Shown piece by piece: positions 31,249-41,200 of a DNA stretch of 64,000 nt (positions are counted from its first letter, which is position 1; each line of letters opens with the position of its first letter). Source of the DNA: Vicinamibacteria bacterium. Its GTDB lineage: Bacteria; Acidobacteriota; Vicinamibacteria; Marinacidobacterales; Marinacidobacteraceae. Location: the NCBI GenBank assembly GCA_963555995.3, contig OY821641.1, positions 1,216,001-1,280,000 on the forward strand, read 5' to 3'. The position numbers and the translations under genes were made by a program. The notes below the pieces were generated by a model. It was not told the DNA's origin, did no database searches, and saw only the letters and a program-made list of their open reading frames with translations.

Positions 31249-31719
31249 ATGACCCATCTGACCCTCTTCAACCCTTCCTTCCGGCGTCTCTTCGCCGACC
31301 CGTTCTTCGACTTCCCGGCCCGCTTCGGCGACGGCGCGGCCGACCGGACGCCCGGCGCGTCGCTCTGGAGTCCCCCGGTGGACGTCCGCGAGTCCGACAC
31401 CGAGGTCACCGTCGAGGCCGAACTGCCGGGCATCCCGCGCGAGGACATCTCGGTCCGCTGCCACGACGGCCGGCTGGTCCTGGAGGGCCAGCGCCAGGAG
31501 ATCCGCGAGGCCGCGCCGGAGAACGGCGAGACCGCCGGCGCACCGGGCAACTGGATCCGCCGCGAGCGGGTCCTCGGCAAGTTCCACCGCTCCTTCGATC
31601 TCCCGGAGAGCGTGGACGCCTCCGCCATCCGGGCGGAGTCCCGGGACGGCGTCCTGCGGGTCGTCCTGCCGAAGCTCGAGAAGGCGCAGCCGCGCCAGAT
31701 CGCCGTCAGCGTCCACTGA
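31249..31719 (+). CDS. Hsp20/alpha-crystallin small heat shock protein
   Basis: WSPPVDVRE, AELPG, RERVLGKFHRSFDLP, DGVLRVVLPK; RBS AAGGAG. Confidence 0.95.
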   Translation: MTHLTLFNPSFRRLFADPFFDFPARFGDGAADRTPGASLWSPPVDVRESDTEVTVEAELPGIPREDISVRCHDGRLVLEGQRQEIREAAPENGETAGAPGNWIRRERVLGKFHRSFDLPESVDASAIRAESRDGVLRVVLPKLEKAQPRQIAVSVH

Positions 31720-31762
31720 CCCGACACCCACCGGGGCCGGCGCCAGCCGGCCCCTCAACTGT

Positions 31763-31931
31763 GGGAGCGCCGGTCTTCAGACCGGCATCGCCCGCGCAGC
31801 GGGCGAGACTCCCGTTACCTTGCCGCGTCGCGCACCGCCACAGGGAATGGCGTGACGGCATCAAGCCCGAACAACCACGGAAGTTTGCGGCCCTGCGGGC
31901 CGCGGTGCCGGTCTGAAGACCGGCGCTCCCC
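31763..31931. repeat. REPIN-like element with a different interior
   Basis: Inverted ends GGGAGCGCCGGTCTTCAGACCGGCA / TGCCGGTCTGAAGACCGGCGCTCCC. Confidence 0.8.
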
Positions 31932-32237
31932 CTACTCCGTCGTGCGTTCCTGGCCGGGGATGACCCGGCGGCTCTTGACCATCTCCTCGTCGTAGTAGCG
32001 GCGGTAGAGGATGTCCCAGGTCTCGGTGCCCTGCTGGACCGTGCGGCTCTGGGAATCAATCTTCCGGCGCACGATTTGGTCAATGCGCTCGTCGTCCTCG
32101 AGCTCGGAGTTGATGATCCGCATGATCATGCGGCGGATCTCGGTGTCCTCCGCGTAGAACTCGACCGTCTCGTCGGCGCGCAGCAGATCCATGATCTGGT
32201 TCGCGAGGTGGTTGATCTTCCCGTTGGTCAGGCGCAT
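31932..32237 (-). CDS. DUF507 family protein
   Basis: MRLTNGKINHLA...VRRKIDSQSRTVQQGTETWDILYRRYYDEEM. Confidence 0.75.
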   Translation of the reverse strand: MRLTNGKINHLANQIMDLLRADETVEFYAEDTEIRRMIMRIINSELEDDERIDQIVRRKIDSQSRTVQQGTETWDILYRRYYDEEMVKSRRVIPGQERTTE

Positions 32238-32244
32238 GGCGGAA

Positions 32245-32523
32245 CTACAGGATGATCCCCTGCTCGCGGGCGAGCCGTTTCTTGACCAGCTTGAACATTT
32301 CCCGGTACTCGACGCCGCCGGTGCGGATCTCCTCGCCGTAGCCGTCGAGGAGCTTCCGGACCTCTTCGTTCAGGTCGTCCTCCTGGCGCAGATCCTCGGT
32401 GATCAGGTCCACGATGGAGTCCATGAGGGCGTTCGGGTCCTCCGGATCAATGTAGCCCGCGACCTGCAGGTCGTCGGTGATCCGGTAGCCGAGGAACTGG
32501 ATCTGGCTCTTGGTGAGGCGCAT
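32245..32523 (-). CDS. DUF507 family protein
   Basis: MRLTKSQIQFL...LNEEVRKLL...YREMFKLVKKRLAREQGIIL. Confidence 0.8.
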   Translation of the reverse strand: MRLTKSQIQFLGYRITDDLQVAGYIDPEDPNALMDSIVDLITEDLRQEDDLNEEVRKLLDGYGEEIRTGGVEYREMFKLVKKRLAREQGIIL

Positions 32524-32657
32524 GGCGGGCAACCGGAAAGGGTACCACGCCGGGGCAGGAGGCGGCCACCGCGAACCGGGCGGGGTCCGGGGGCGGTCTT
32601 CTTGGCCTGCCCGGAGCAACCCGCGGGCTGCTAGGATTCACCGTCCTGGCGAGAGAT

Positions 32658-32735
32658 GGGGTCGTAGTTCAGTTGGTCCAGAACGCCGGCCTGTCACGCC
32701 GGAGGTCGCGGGTTCGAGTCCCGTCGGCCCCGCCA
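32658..32735 (+). tRNA. tRNA-Asp(GTC)
   Basis: GGGGTCGTAGTTCAGTTGG...CCGGCCTGTCACGCCGG...GGTTCGAGTCCCGTCGGCCCCGCCA. Confidence 0.95.
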
Positions 32736-32788
32736 TCATCGCTTTCCCTCCAGCCGCGTTCCGGCGCCCCTTCCCAGCGGAGTCTGTG

Positions 32789-33016
32789 ATGAAGATCACG
32801 ATCACCTACTGCGTCGTTTGAAACTACCTCCCCAACGCCTCCAGTCTGGCGGCGGCAATCCGGGAGGCTCGGGGCATCGAGCCCGAGCTCATCGAAGGCG
32901 GCAAGGGCATCTTCGACGTGACGGTGGACGGCGAACTCGTCTATTCCAAGTACGACACCGGCCGGTTCCCCGAGCACGACGAGATCCTCGACAAGATCCC
33001 CGTCCTCGCGAGCTGA
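32789..33016 (+). CDS. SelW/SelT/SelH (Rdx family) selenoprotein; UGA at 32819-32821 read as Sec
   Basis: MKITITYCVV-U-NYLPNASSLAAAI...GGKGIFDVTVDGELVYSKYDTGRFP; CxxU motif; hairpin at 32836-32854 in the SECIS position. Confidence 0.85.
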
Positions 33017-33058
33017 CGCGCTAACAGCCGGTACCCGCCCGCTTCGGGCGCGCCCCGG

Positions 33059-35368
33059 CTAGAAGTCGAAGAGGCGCGTGTACTTGATGATGAGCGACCG
33101 GCCCATCACGTTGGGCACCAGGAAGCCGGTCTCCTCGTCGAAGCGGTCGAGGGTCGCGGTGTTCCGCAGGTCGTTGTAGACGATGAAGAGCCCGGTCCCG
33201 CTCCGGTCCAGCATCACCAGCCGGACGTTCGAGGAGACCGAGGCCGTCTGGCTGTTGTACTGGATCAGCGCTTCCAGCCGGCGGAGCGGGGTGAACGAGT
33301 AGTTCACCCGGACCGGGATGAGGTTGGTGGTGAACTTGCCGCCGGGGAGGTCCACCACGTCGCGGTTCCAGCCGACGCTCGCCTGGAAGGTGGCCCCGAT
33401 GCGCCCGTTCAGGCTGGAGCTGATGCCGAGATAGTCGCCGTCGTAGAAACCGCCGTTGCGAACATAGAAGGTCGGATACAGGCGGGCGCTGGCGTTCCCG
33501 ATGTAGTTCACGCTCACCTGGTTCCAGTGGTAGAGGCCGGGCGGGATGACCACCCGGTGTCCGTCCACCCCGTCGTACACCGTGAAGTCGTGGAGCGGCC
33601 GGTCCCGGTGCCGGTCAATGAACAGCCCGAAGCGGCCGCCGCCGTTTGGCTGGAACTCGATGGGGTGCCAGTGTCCGCGCCCGGACTGGACCTCGCCGTC
33701 GAAGCCGTAGTACGCGTTCCAGGTCACGTGCGGTGAGAAGCGGCGCACCCAGGACATGCCCGGCAGATGCGTCGGCTGCCAGTCGAGGTAGTAGCGCCAC
33801 TGGACCTTGCGGTAGCCGCGGCGGGGCACGAACCCGACTTCGGGGTTGAAGTCCTCGCCCACCTGGGTGAAGCCGGCGTGCCCCTGGTGGAGCGGGTCGG
33901 CGTAGTTCAGGAAGGCCCGGCCCGCCATCGTGTCGGAGGCGCCCGTCTCCGGATCCGCACCGTCCGAGGCGGTCTTGGCCAGGAAGGTGAAGAAACGCGC
34001 GTGCTCTCCGAGCTGGATCGCCGCGTCGGCCCCGAACGCCCGGTTGGTGTCGCCTTCCTCGCTCCACTCCCCGGTGGACTGGCGGTTCACCAGGATGCCG
34101 CCGAAGTTGGACCGCCCGACCTCGCGCTGGACCCGCGCGACCGTGTAGTTGTTGGCCGCGAGCGCCAGCGCGCCGGTCTCCGCGTCGAAGGCGTCGTCGG
34201 TCTGCATGTTCATCAGACCGATGTTCGTGGACCCCACCTTCCCGGAGAGCCGGGCGCCGCCCATGATTCCGACCGGCTGCCCGGCATAGAGCCCGATGCG
34301 GCGGCTGAAGAACAGGTCCACCTCCTGGGGCGCTCCGAACTGGAAGGTGGAGGCGTTCTCGAGGAAGAAGGGCCGCTTCTCGGGGAAGAAGAGCGGGAAG
34401 CGGGTCAGGTTGATCTGCTGGTCGTCGGCCTCCACTTGGGCGAAATCGGTGTTCGCGGTGAGATCCACCGTGAGGTTCGGGGTGACCCCCCACTTCACGT
34501 CGAGCCCGATGTCGAGACCTTCCGTTTCGCGGTTCTCCGCACGGACCGCGAGCGGGTTCCGGTTCGCTTCTCCCAGCGCGAACGGCGTGACCTTGACGTC
34601 TCGGCGCGAGGGCAGGTTCAGGCCGGTGATCTTCCGCGCCAGCGAGACCCGGTAGATGTTGTAGCCGCGGGGGATGGGCGCCAGGAACGCCTGCTCGTTC
34701 TTGCGGCGGATGTTCCGCATGACATTGATGCCCCAGGTCCGGTCCGCCCCGGGGGCGTAGCGCAGTGTGCGAAGCGGAATCGCGAACTCGGTCTCCCAGC
34801 CGCGGCCGGTCCGCTGGGAGCGCACCACCCAGTCGCCGTCCCAGTTGGCGTTGAACCCGGCGATGCCGCCGCGCTGGGAACCGCGCTGGCCGGGGCGCGG
34901 GTTGTAGCCCCCGGTTGCGCCCTCGCCGGCGATCTGGCCGTCGTACTCGATGCCTTCCGGGTTGGTGCCGAAGAGGAAGGCGTTCTGGCTGTCGTTGAAG
35001 GTGTCGAGGATGATCTGGACCGAGTCCGATTCGTTCAGGTCGCCGTCCCGGCGGCTCTCCGAGACCAGCACCTGCTCCGGCTCGCTGTCGAAGGCGATGA
35101 CGCCCACGTAGAGCGTGGTCTCCGAGAGGAGCAGGCGCACCTCGGTCCGCTCGGAGGCGGGGGCGCCGTTGTCCGGCTCCTGCTGGGTGAACCCGGTGAA
35201 GGGCTCGACGCCCGCCCACTGTTCGTCGTTGACTAGGCCGTCCACGACCGGCCCTTCCATCCCGTCGCCGAGCGCCTGGACGGCGCCGTCGTTCGGCGGG
35301 ACCGGGGTGGCCCCCGCGAGCGGCGCAAGCAGCAGCAGGCCGGAGAAACGGACAGGATTTCGTCGCAT
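33059..35368 (-). CDS. CBM9/DOMON-like plus DUF5916 outer-membrane protein
   Basis: [57 protein letters not shown]. Confidence 0.85.
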   Translation of the reverse strand: MRRNPVRFSGLLLLAPLAGATPVPPNDGAVQALGDGMEGPVVDGLVNDEQWAGVEPFTGFTQQEPDNGAPASERTEVRLLLSETTLYVGVIAFDSEPEQVLVSESRRDGDLNESDSVQIILDTFNDSQNAFLFGTNPEGIEYDGQIAGEGATGGYNPRPGQRGSQRGGIAGFNANWDGDWVVRSQRTGRGWETEFAIPLRTLRYAPGADRTWGINVMRNIRRKNEQAFLAPIPRGYNIYRVSLARKITGLNLPSRRDVKVTPFALGEANRNPLAVRAENRETEGLDIGLDVKWGVTPNLTVDLTANTDFAQVEADDQQINLTRFPLFFPEKRPFFLENASTFQFGAPQEVDLFFSRRIGLYAGQPVGIMGGARLSGKVGSTNIGLMNMQTDDAFDAETGALALAANNYTVARVQREVGRSNFGGILVNRQSTGEWSEEGDTNRAFGADAAIQLGEHARFFTFLAKTASDGADPETGASDTMAGRAFLNYADPLHQGHAGFTQVGEDFNPEVGFVPRRGYRKVQWRYYLDWQPTHLPGMSWVRRFSPHVTWNAYYGFDGEVQSGRGHWHPIEFQPNGGGRFGLFIDRHRDRPLHDFTVYDGVDGHRVVIPPGLYHWNQVSVNYIGNASARLYPTFYVRNGGFYDGDYLGISSSLNGRIGATFQASVGWNRDVVDLPGGKFTTNLIPVRVNYSFTPLRRLEALIQYNSQTASVSSNVRLVMLDRSGTGLFIVYNDLRNTATLDRFDEETGFLVPNVMGRSLIIKYTRLFDF

Positions 35369-35398
35369 GGGCCGCGCGTATCCTACGCGCCCACGAAC

Positions 35399-36880
35399 AT
35401 GGCCGAAACCGCGATCCTTCCCAACTTCATCGGCGGGAGCTACCTTGCCCCGCCGGCCTCGGAAACCCTCCCGATCTTCAACCCCGCGACGGGGGAAATC
35501 CTGTCCCGGATCCCGCTCTCCGGCCCCGAGGACGTGGGCCGGGCGGTGGCCAGCGCGCGCGAGGCGCTCCGCGACTGGCGGGAGACCCCGCCGACCGACC
35601 GGGTGCAGCCGCTCTTCCGGTTGAAGGCGCTGCTGGAGCGCGACTTCGAGGAACTCTCGCGGTGCGTGACCACCGAAAGCGGGAAGACCCTCGCCGAGTC
35701 GCGCGGCGAGCTGCGGCGGGCCGTCGAGAACGTGGAAGTCGCCTGCGGGATCCCCTCCCTGATGCAGGGCCGGGTGCTGGAGGACATCGCGCGCGGCATT
35801 GACGAACTGATGATCCGCCAGCCGGTCGGCGTGGTGGCGGTGATCGCGCCCTTCAACTTCCCGGCGATGATCCCGTTCTGGTTCCTGCCCTACGCCCTCG
35901 CCTGCGGCAACACGGTGGTGATGAAGCCGTCGGAGAAGACGCCGCTGACCATGCAGCGGGTGGCGGCGCTGATCGAGGAGGCGGGATTCCCGCCGGGGGT
36001 GGTCCAGGTGACCCACGGCGGGCAGGAGGCCGTGGAGGCGCTCCTCGACCACCCGGACGTCGCGGCGGTGAGCTTCGTGGGTTCCTCGCCGGTGGCCCGC
36101 GCCGTCTATGCCCGGGCGGCGGGGAACGGGAAGCGGGTGCAGTGCCAGGGAGGGGCGAAGAACCCGGTGGTGGTGCTCGAGGACGCCGACGTCGAGGCCG
36201 CGGTGTCCACCGTGGCCGAGAGCGCCTTCGGATGCGCGGGGCAGCGGTGTCTCGCGGCCTCGCTGGCGATCACCGTCGGCGGCGCCCACGCGCCGTTCCG
36301 CGACCTGGTGAGCGCCGCCGCCGCGAGCCGCGTGGTGGGTTCCGGGCTCGACGAGGCGGTGGACATGGGCCCGGTGATCCGGGACGCGAGCCGGGAGCGG
36401 ATCGAGCGGCTGATCGGGGTTGCGGTCGAAGACGAGAGCGCCCGCGCGGTGGTGGACGGCCGCGGCGCCCGGATCGCGGGGCACGAGGACGGGTTCTTCG
36501 TCCGGCCCACGGTGCTCGACGAGCTCCCCGCTGAGGGGGAGATCGCCCGCACCGAGATCTTCGGGCCGGTGCTCGGCATCCTCCGGGTGGAGACCGTCGA
36601 GGACGCCATCGCCTTCGTCAACCGCGGCGAGTTCGGCAACATGGCCTGTCTCTTCACGAACGACGGCCGCGCCGCCCGCCGCTTCCGCCACGAGGTGCTC
36701 ACCGGGAACGTCGGGATCAACGTCGGCGTGGCCGCCCCGATGGCGTTCTTCCCGTTCAGCGGCTGGCGGGGCAGCTTCTTCGGCGACCTCCACGCCCAGG
36801 GAGCCCACGCCATCGAGTTCTACACGCAGACCAAGGTCGTGGTGGAGCGCTGGCCCCGCGACGCCTCGCAGCGCTTTTGA
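35399..36880 (+). CDS. mmsA: CoA-acylating methylmalonate-semialdehyde dehydrogenase
   Basis: [49 protein letters not shown]. Confidence 0.9.
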   Translation: MAETAILPNFIGGSYLAPPASETLPIFNPATGEILSRIPLSGPEDVGRAVASAREALRDWRETPPTDRVQPLFRLKALLERDFEELSRCVTTESGKTLAESRGELRRAVENVEVACGIPSLMQGRVLEDIARGIDELMIRQPVGVVAVIAPFNFPAMIPFWFLPYALACGNTVVMKPSEKTPLTMQRVAALIEEAGFPPGVVQVTHGGQEAVEALLDHPDVAAVSFVGSSPVARAVYARAAGNGKRVQCQGGAKNPVVVLEDADVEAAVSTVAESAFGCAGQRCLAASLAITVGGAHAPFRDLVSAAAASRVVGSGLDEAVDMGPVIRDASRERIERLIGVAVEDESARAVVDGRGARIAGHEDGFFVRPTVLDELPAEGEIARTEIFGPVLGILRVETVEDAIAFVNRGEFGNMACLFTNDGRAARRFRHEVLTGNVGINVGVAAPMAFFPFSGWRGSFFGDLHAQGAHAIEFYTQTKVVVERWPRDASQRF

Positions 36881-37590
36881 GCACCGACCCCGGCGGAAGC
36901 AGGGTCCGGGGACTGGTCCGCCGCTTCTGGCAGCCGGCGCTCTGGACCCTCTTCGTCCTGAACGTCCTCCTGATGCCGCTCCTCTTCGGCGGGGCGGGGG
37001 ACGAGCCGTTCGTGCCCCCGGAGTGGATTCCGACGAATCCGGCGGCGCTGGTGACCGTGCACGCCCTCGCGGTCGCGGTGGCGGTGCCGAACACCGTCTT
37101 CTGCCTCGCCGCCGGGTTCCTGTTCGGGCTGGGTCCGGGGATGCTCTACGCCACCCTCGGCACCTTCCTCGGCTCGCTCGCGGCGTTCGCCGTGGGCCGG
37201 CTGTTTCTCCGGCGCTGGCTCACCGGCTGGCTCGGCCAGTTCCGCTCGGCCTCCCGGGTGCTCGCCGCCCTCGGCGACGCCGACGTGCGCACCGTCGCCC
37301 TGACCCGCCTCTCCCCCCTCTTCCCCTTCGCCTTCCAGAACTTCGGCTGGGCGGCGACCCCGGTCCGCTTCCGCAACTACGCCCTCGGCTCGCTCCTCGC
37401 CGTCCCGGTCGGCGCCTCCTTCTTCGCCCACCTAGGGGCCGCCGGAAAGGCCGGCGCCGCCCTCGCCACCGAAAACTTCTCCTGGTCCGCCGCCCTCACC
37501 ATCCTCGGCCTCCTCGCCACCTTCTACCTCATCCGCTGGATCTCCCGCTTCGCCAACACCGCCCTCCAGGACGAACTCCCCCCGGATTAA
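36877..37590 (+). CDS. TVP38/TMEM64 (VTT/DedA-like) membrane protein
   Basis: AAGFLFG...[16 protein letters not shown]. Confidence 0.85.
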   Translation: MSTDPGGSRVRGLVRRFWQPALWTLFVLNVLLMPLLFGGAGDEPFVPPEWIPTNPAALVTVHALAVAVAVPNTVFCLAAGFLFGLGPGMLYATLGTFLGSLAAFAVGRLFLRRWLTGWLGQFRSASRVLAALGDADVRTVALTRLSPLFPFAFQNFGWAATPVRFRNYALGSLLAVPVGASFFAHLGAAGKAGAALATENFSWSAALTILGLLATFYLIRWISRFANTALQDELPPD

Positions 37591-37599
37591 GGAAGAGGA

Positions 37600-38665
37600 T
37601 CGCCGGTCCTCACGCCGGCAGGGTGGCGCACCGGCTTGGAACGCCGGCTTCAGCCGGCACGCGGCCCGTAGGGCCGCAAAGCGGACGTCGTGTCGCTGTT
37701 TGCGGTGATGGACCAGGAATCGAACGGCATCGTGCGGGGCGGCGTTGTGCGGTGCGCTGCGCGGTCGCGCAGCGCGTGCCGGTCTGAAGACCGGCGCTCC
37801 CGCGGCGCAGGGGGCCGAAGGCCCGTGGACGTCGTACCGCTGTTCGCGGTGATGGACCAGGAGCCGAACGGCGTCGTGCGGGGTGGCGTTGTGCGGTGCG
37901 CTGCGCGGTCGCGCAGCGCGTGCCGGTCTGAAGACCGGCGCTCCCGCGGCCCAGGGGGCCGAAGGCCCGTGGACGTCGTACCGCTGTTCGCGGTGATGGA
38001 CCAGGAGCCGAACGGCATCGTGCGGGGCGGGGTTGTGCGGTGCGCTGCGCGGTCGCGCAGCGAGTGCCGGTCTAGCGCCGCTGGGAGCGCCGGTCTTCAG
38101 ACCGGCACAGGGGGCCGAAGGCCCGCGGACGTCGTGTCGCTGTTTGCGGTGATGGACCGGGAGCCGAACGGCATCGTGCGGGGCAGCGTGGTGCGGTGCG
38201 CTGCGCGGTCGCGCAGCGCGTGCCGGTCTGAAGACCGGCGCTCCCGCGGCACAGGGGGCCGAAGGCCCGCGGACGTCGTGTCGCTGTTTGCGGTGATGGA
38301 CCAGGAATCGAACGGCATCGTGCGGGGCGGCGTTGTGCGGTGCGCTGCGCGGTCGCGCAGCGCGTGCCGGTCTGAAGACCGGCGCTCCCGTGGCACAGGG
38401 GGCCGAAGGCCCGCGGACGTCGTGTCGCTGTTTGCGGTGATGGACCGGGAGCCGAACGGCATCGTGCGGGGCAGCGTGGTGCGGTGCGCTGCGCGGTCGC
38501 GCAGCGCGTGCCGGTCTGAAGACCGGCGCTCCCGTGGCCCAGGGGGCCGAAGGCCCGCGGACGTCGTGTCGGTGTTTGCGGTGATGGACCAGGAGCCGAA
38601 CGGCATCGTGCGGGGCAGCGTGGTGCGGTGCGCTGCGCGGTCGCGCAGCGCGTGCCGGTCTGAGG
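37600..38665. repeat. Tandem array of 7 REP-containing units, 144-bp period (one 156-bp interval)
   Basis: Unit marker G(C/T)GGACGTCGT at 37681, 37825, 37969, 38125, 38269, 38413, 38557; most units carry TGCCGGTCTGAAGACCGGCGCTCCC. Confidence 0.92.
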
Positions 38666-38771
38666 GCCCCCACCGGGAGAACTGGCCGGCGCTCCCGGCC
38701 GGCGTCGGGAAGGCGGGCGGTCCGTTGCGTTCGGATACCGGTAGGCTCCCGTTCCGTACGAGGAGGCTGAC

Positions 38772-40013
38772 ATGCGCAGCATCGCTGTCCTGGCCGGCGG
38801 GCTCCTGATCGCGGCTCCGGTCGCCGCCCAGGACGTCCCGGCGCCGGAGCCCATCACGCTCGCCGAGGTGCTGGCGGCCGGCCGGGCCGGGTCGCCGGCG
38901 ATCGCCGCGGCGCGGTCCCGTGAGCGGGCGGCCGTCGCTGCCGCGGGGGTGGCCGGGCGCTGGACCAACCCCGCGATCGAACTCCGCAGCGAGAACTGGG
39001 GCGCGGACGTTCCGGGCGGCCTTCGCCTCGACAGCTTCGCCACCGTCACCCAGCGGCTCGAACTCGGCGGCAAGCGGGGCGCGCGGCGCGGCGTGGCGCT
39101 GGCGGGCGCCGAGATGGCCCGGGTGGACGCGTTCGCCGCCACCCGGGGAATCGAGGGAGAGCTGGCCGGGCGCTTCCTGGAGACCGTCCGCCTGCGGGAT
39201 CGGGCGGCGATCCTGGCCGGACAACGCGACGCGCTCGCCGAACTTGTCCGCGTGCTTGAGCGCCGGGTGGCCGAGGGTTTCGCGCCGGACGCCGACCGCG
39301 CCCGCCTCGCCGCGGAGACGGCCTCCGTCTCCATCGCGGTCACCCGCACCGGAGCGGCTGCCGAACGCGCCTTCCTCGAACTCCGCGCGCTCGCCGCGCT
39401 TCCGGAGGGAGCGGCCCCGGCGGCCCTCGTCCGGCCCGGCCCCCTCCCGCTCCCGACCGGAGATCCGACAAAGCTCGCCGCCCGCGCCGCGGCCGAGCGC
39501 CCGGACGTGCGCGCCGCCGCCGCGCGGGTCGAGACCGCGGACCGTGCGCTCCGCCTCCAGAACTCCCTCCGGGTCCCCGACCTGACGGTGAACACGGGCC
39601 TGAAACGCACGCTCGACACGAACACGGGCGTCTTCGCCGTGGGGGTGGGTCTGCCCGTCTTCGATCGGAACCAGGTGGCCGCGACGCTCGCCCGCGGTGA
39701 GGTCCGCGCCGCCGAACTCGAACGCGACCTCGTGACCCGGCGGGCCGAGGCGGACGCCACCGCCGCGCTCCGGAACGCGCGGCGGCTGGCCGAGGCGGCC
39801 GCCGGCGCCGAAGCGCAACTGGTCGAGCCGGCGACCGTCGCGCGCACCGCGATGCGGTCGGCCTTCGACCTGGGCGCGGCCGACATCCTGCTGGTCGTGG
39901 ACGCCGAGCGCGCCCTCGCCGACGCCCGCCTGCTCGAAAACGACCTTCAGGTCGAAGCCGTCGCCGCCGCCATCGCGGCCCGGCTGGCGCTCGGGGAGGC
40001 GCCCCTGCCGTGA
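38772..40013 (+). CDS. TolC/CzcC family outer membrane efflux protein
   Basis: Signal peptide, QRLELGGKRGAR, LPVFDRNQ; first gene of an RND operon. Confidence 0.85.
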   Translation: MRSIAVLAGGLLIAAPVAAQDVPAPEPITLAEVLAAGRAGSPAIAAARSRERAAVAAAGVAGRWTNPAIELRSENWGADVPGGLRLDSFATVTQRLELGGKRGARRGVALAGAEMARVDAFAATRGIEGELAGRFLETVRLRDRAAILAGQRDALAELVRVLERRVAEGFAPDADRARLAAETASVSIAVTRTGAAAERAFLELRALAALPEGAAPAALVRPGPLPLPTGDPTKLAARAAAERPDVRAAAARVETADRALRLQNSLRVPDLTVNTGLKRTLDTNTGVFAVGVGLPVFDRNQVAATLARGEVRAAELERDLVTRRAEADATAALRNARRLAEAAAGAEAQLVEPATVARTAMRSAFDLGAADILLVVDAERALADARLLENDLQVEAVAAAIAARLALGEAPLP

Positions 40014-41191
40014 CCCGCGCCGCCCTGTTCCCGCTTCTCCTCTTCGGGCTCGCCTGCGGCGGCGCGCCCGAGGAGGCGCCCGAAACCGCCGCCACCGCCG
40101 ATCCCGCGACCGGCATCGTCACCATGACCGGCGCGGGCCGTGAGGCCGCCGGCATCGCGACCGCCGCGGTGCGGGAGGTGACCCGGTCCGACGCGTTCCA
40201 CGCCGTCGGGGTCGTGAGCCTCGACGAGCGGCGTACCGCCCGCCTGGGCGCGGTCGTGGACGGCGTCATCGCCGAGGTGCTGGTGCAGCCGGGAGACCGG
40301 GTGGAGGCCGGCGCGGTGCTGGCGCGGATTCTCAGCGACCGGTTCCACGACGTCTGGGCCGACTACTTCACGGCGACGGCGCGCCGGCGGCACGCCGAGG
40401 CCGGACTGAGCTACGCGCAGACGGCGGCGGGACGCGCCGAGCGCCTGGTGGCCGACAAGGCGCTCGCGGAGCAGGAGCTGGAGCGAGTCCGCGCCGAACT
40501 GGGCGCGGCGGAGGAGGAGTTGGTGTCCGCCCGCGCCGATGTCCGGCGCACCGAGCAGGATCTGCTGCACTACGGCCTGACCCCCAGTCCGGACGCGGAA
40601 CCGCGCGAGAACGAGCACGTGCCGGTGCAGGCGCCGTTCGCCGGCGCGGTCATCGAGCGACTGGCGTCCCCCGGCGCCGCGGTGACGCTCGGCGAGCCGC
40701 TCCTCGTGGTCTCGGACCTGTCGCGGGTCTGGATCAGCGCCGAGGTTGACGAGGACGACCTCCACCGTCTCTCGGCGCCCGAGTCCGTGGAGTTCCGGGT
40801 GACCGCCTGGCCGGACGAGGTCTTCACCGCCACCCTCACCACGATCGGGGACGTGATCAACCCGGAGACCCGGAGGGTCACGGTCCGCGCGGAGACGGAC
40901 AACGCGGACGGCCGTCTCAAGCCCGAGATGTTCGCGACGCTCACCGTCGCCTCCGGAACGCCGAGGGAGCTGCTGGTGGTTCCCGCCGCCGCGGTGCAGG
41001 AACTGGCCGGCGAGTCCGTGGTGTTCGTCGAGACCGGCCCCGGGGAGTTCCGGCGCCGCCGGGTGGTCACCGGAGCCGGCTTCGACGACGGCATCGAGAT
41101 CCGCGAGGGGCTGAGGGCGGGCGAGATGGTCGCCACCGAGGGCGCCTTCCTGCTCAAGTCGGCGCTGATCGGCCTGCCGGAAGAGGAGTAA
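40010..41191 (+). CDS. RND efflux periplasmic adaptor (CzcB/CusB-like)
   Basis: Lipoprotein signal, APFAGAVIE, DLSRVWI, RLKPEMFA. Confidence 0.9.
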   Translation: MTRAALFPLLLFGLACGGAPEEAPETAATADPATGIVTMTGAGREAAGIATAAVREVTRSDAFHAVGVVSLDERRTARLGAVVDGVIAEVLVQPGDRVEAGAVLARILSDRFHDVWADYFTATARRRHAEAGLSYAQTAAGRAERLVADKALAEQELERVRAELGAAEEELVSARADVRRTEQDLLHYGLTPSPDAEPRENEHVPVQAPFAGAVIERLASPGAAVTLGEPLLVVSDLSRVWISAEVDEDDLHRLSAPESVEFRVTAWPDEVFTATLTTIGDVINPETRRVTVRAETDNADGRLKPEMFATLTVASGTPRELLVVPAAAVQELAGESVVFVETGPGEFRRRRVVTGAGFDDGIEIREGLRAGEMVATEGAFLLKSALIGLPEEE

Positions 41192-41200
41192 CGAAGACCC

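Noticed and set aside
33059-36808. 1249-aa ORF
   Set aside because: The first ~480 aa are antisense to mmsA; the real gene starts at ~35368 with a signal peptide.
37600-38808. CRISPR array, or real repeat proteins (372-604-aa ORFs on both strands)
   Set aside because: Whole units repeat with no spacers. Open frames are explained by the 144-bp period and high GC, and the same unit occurs singly in intergenic DNA.
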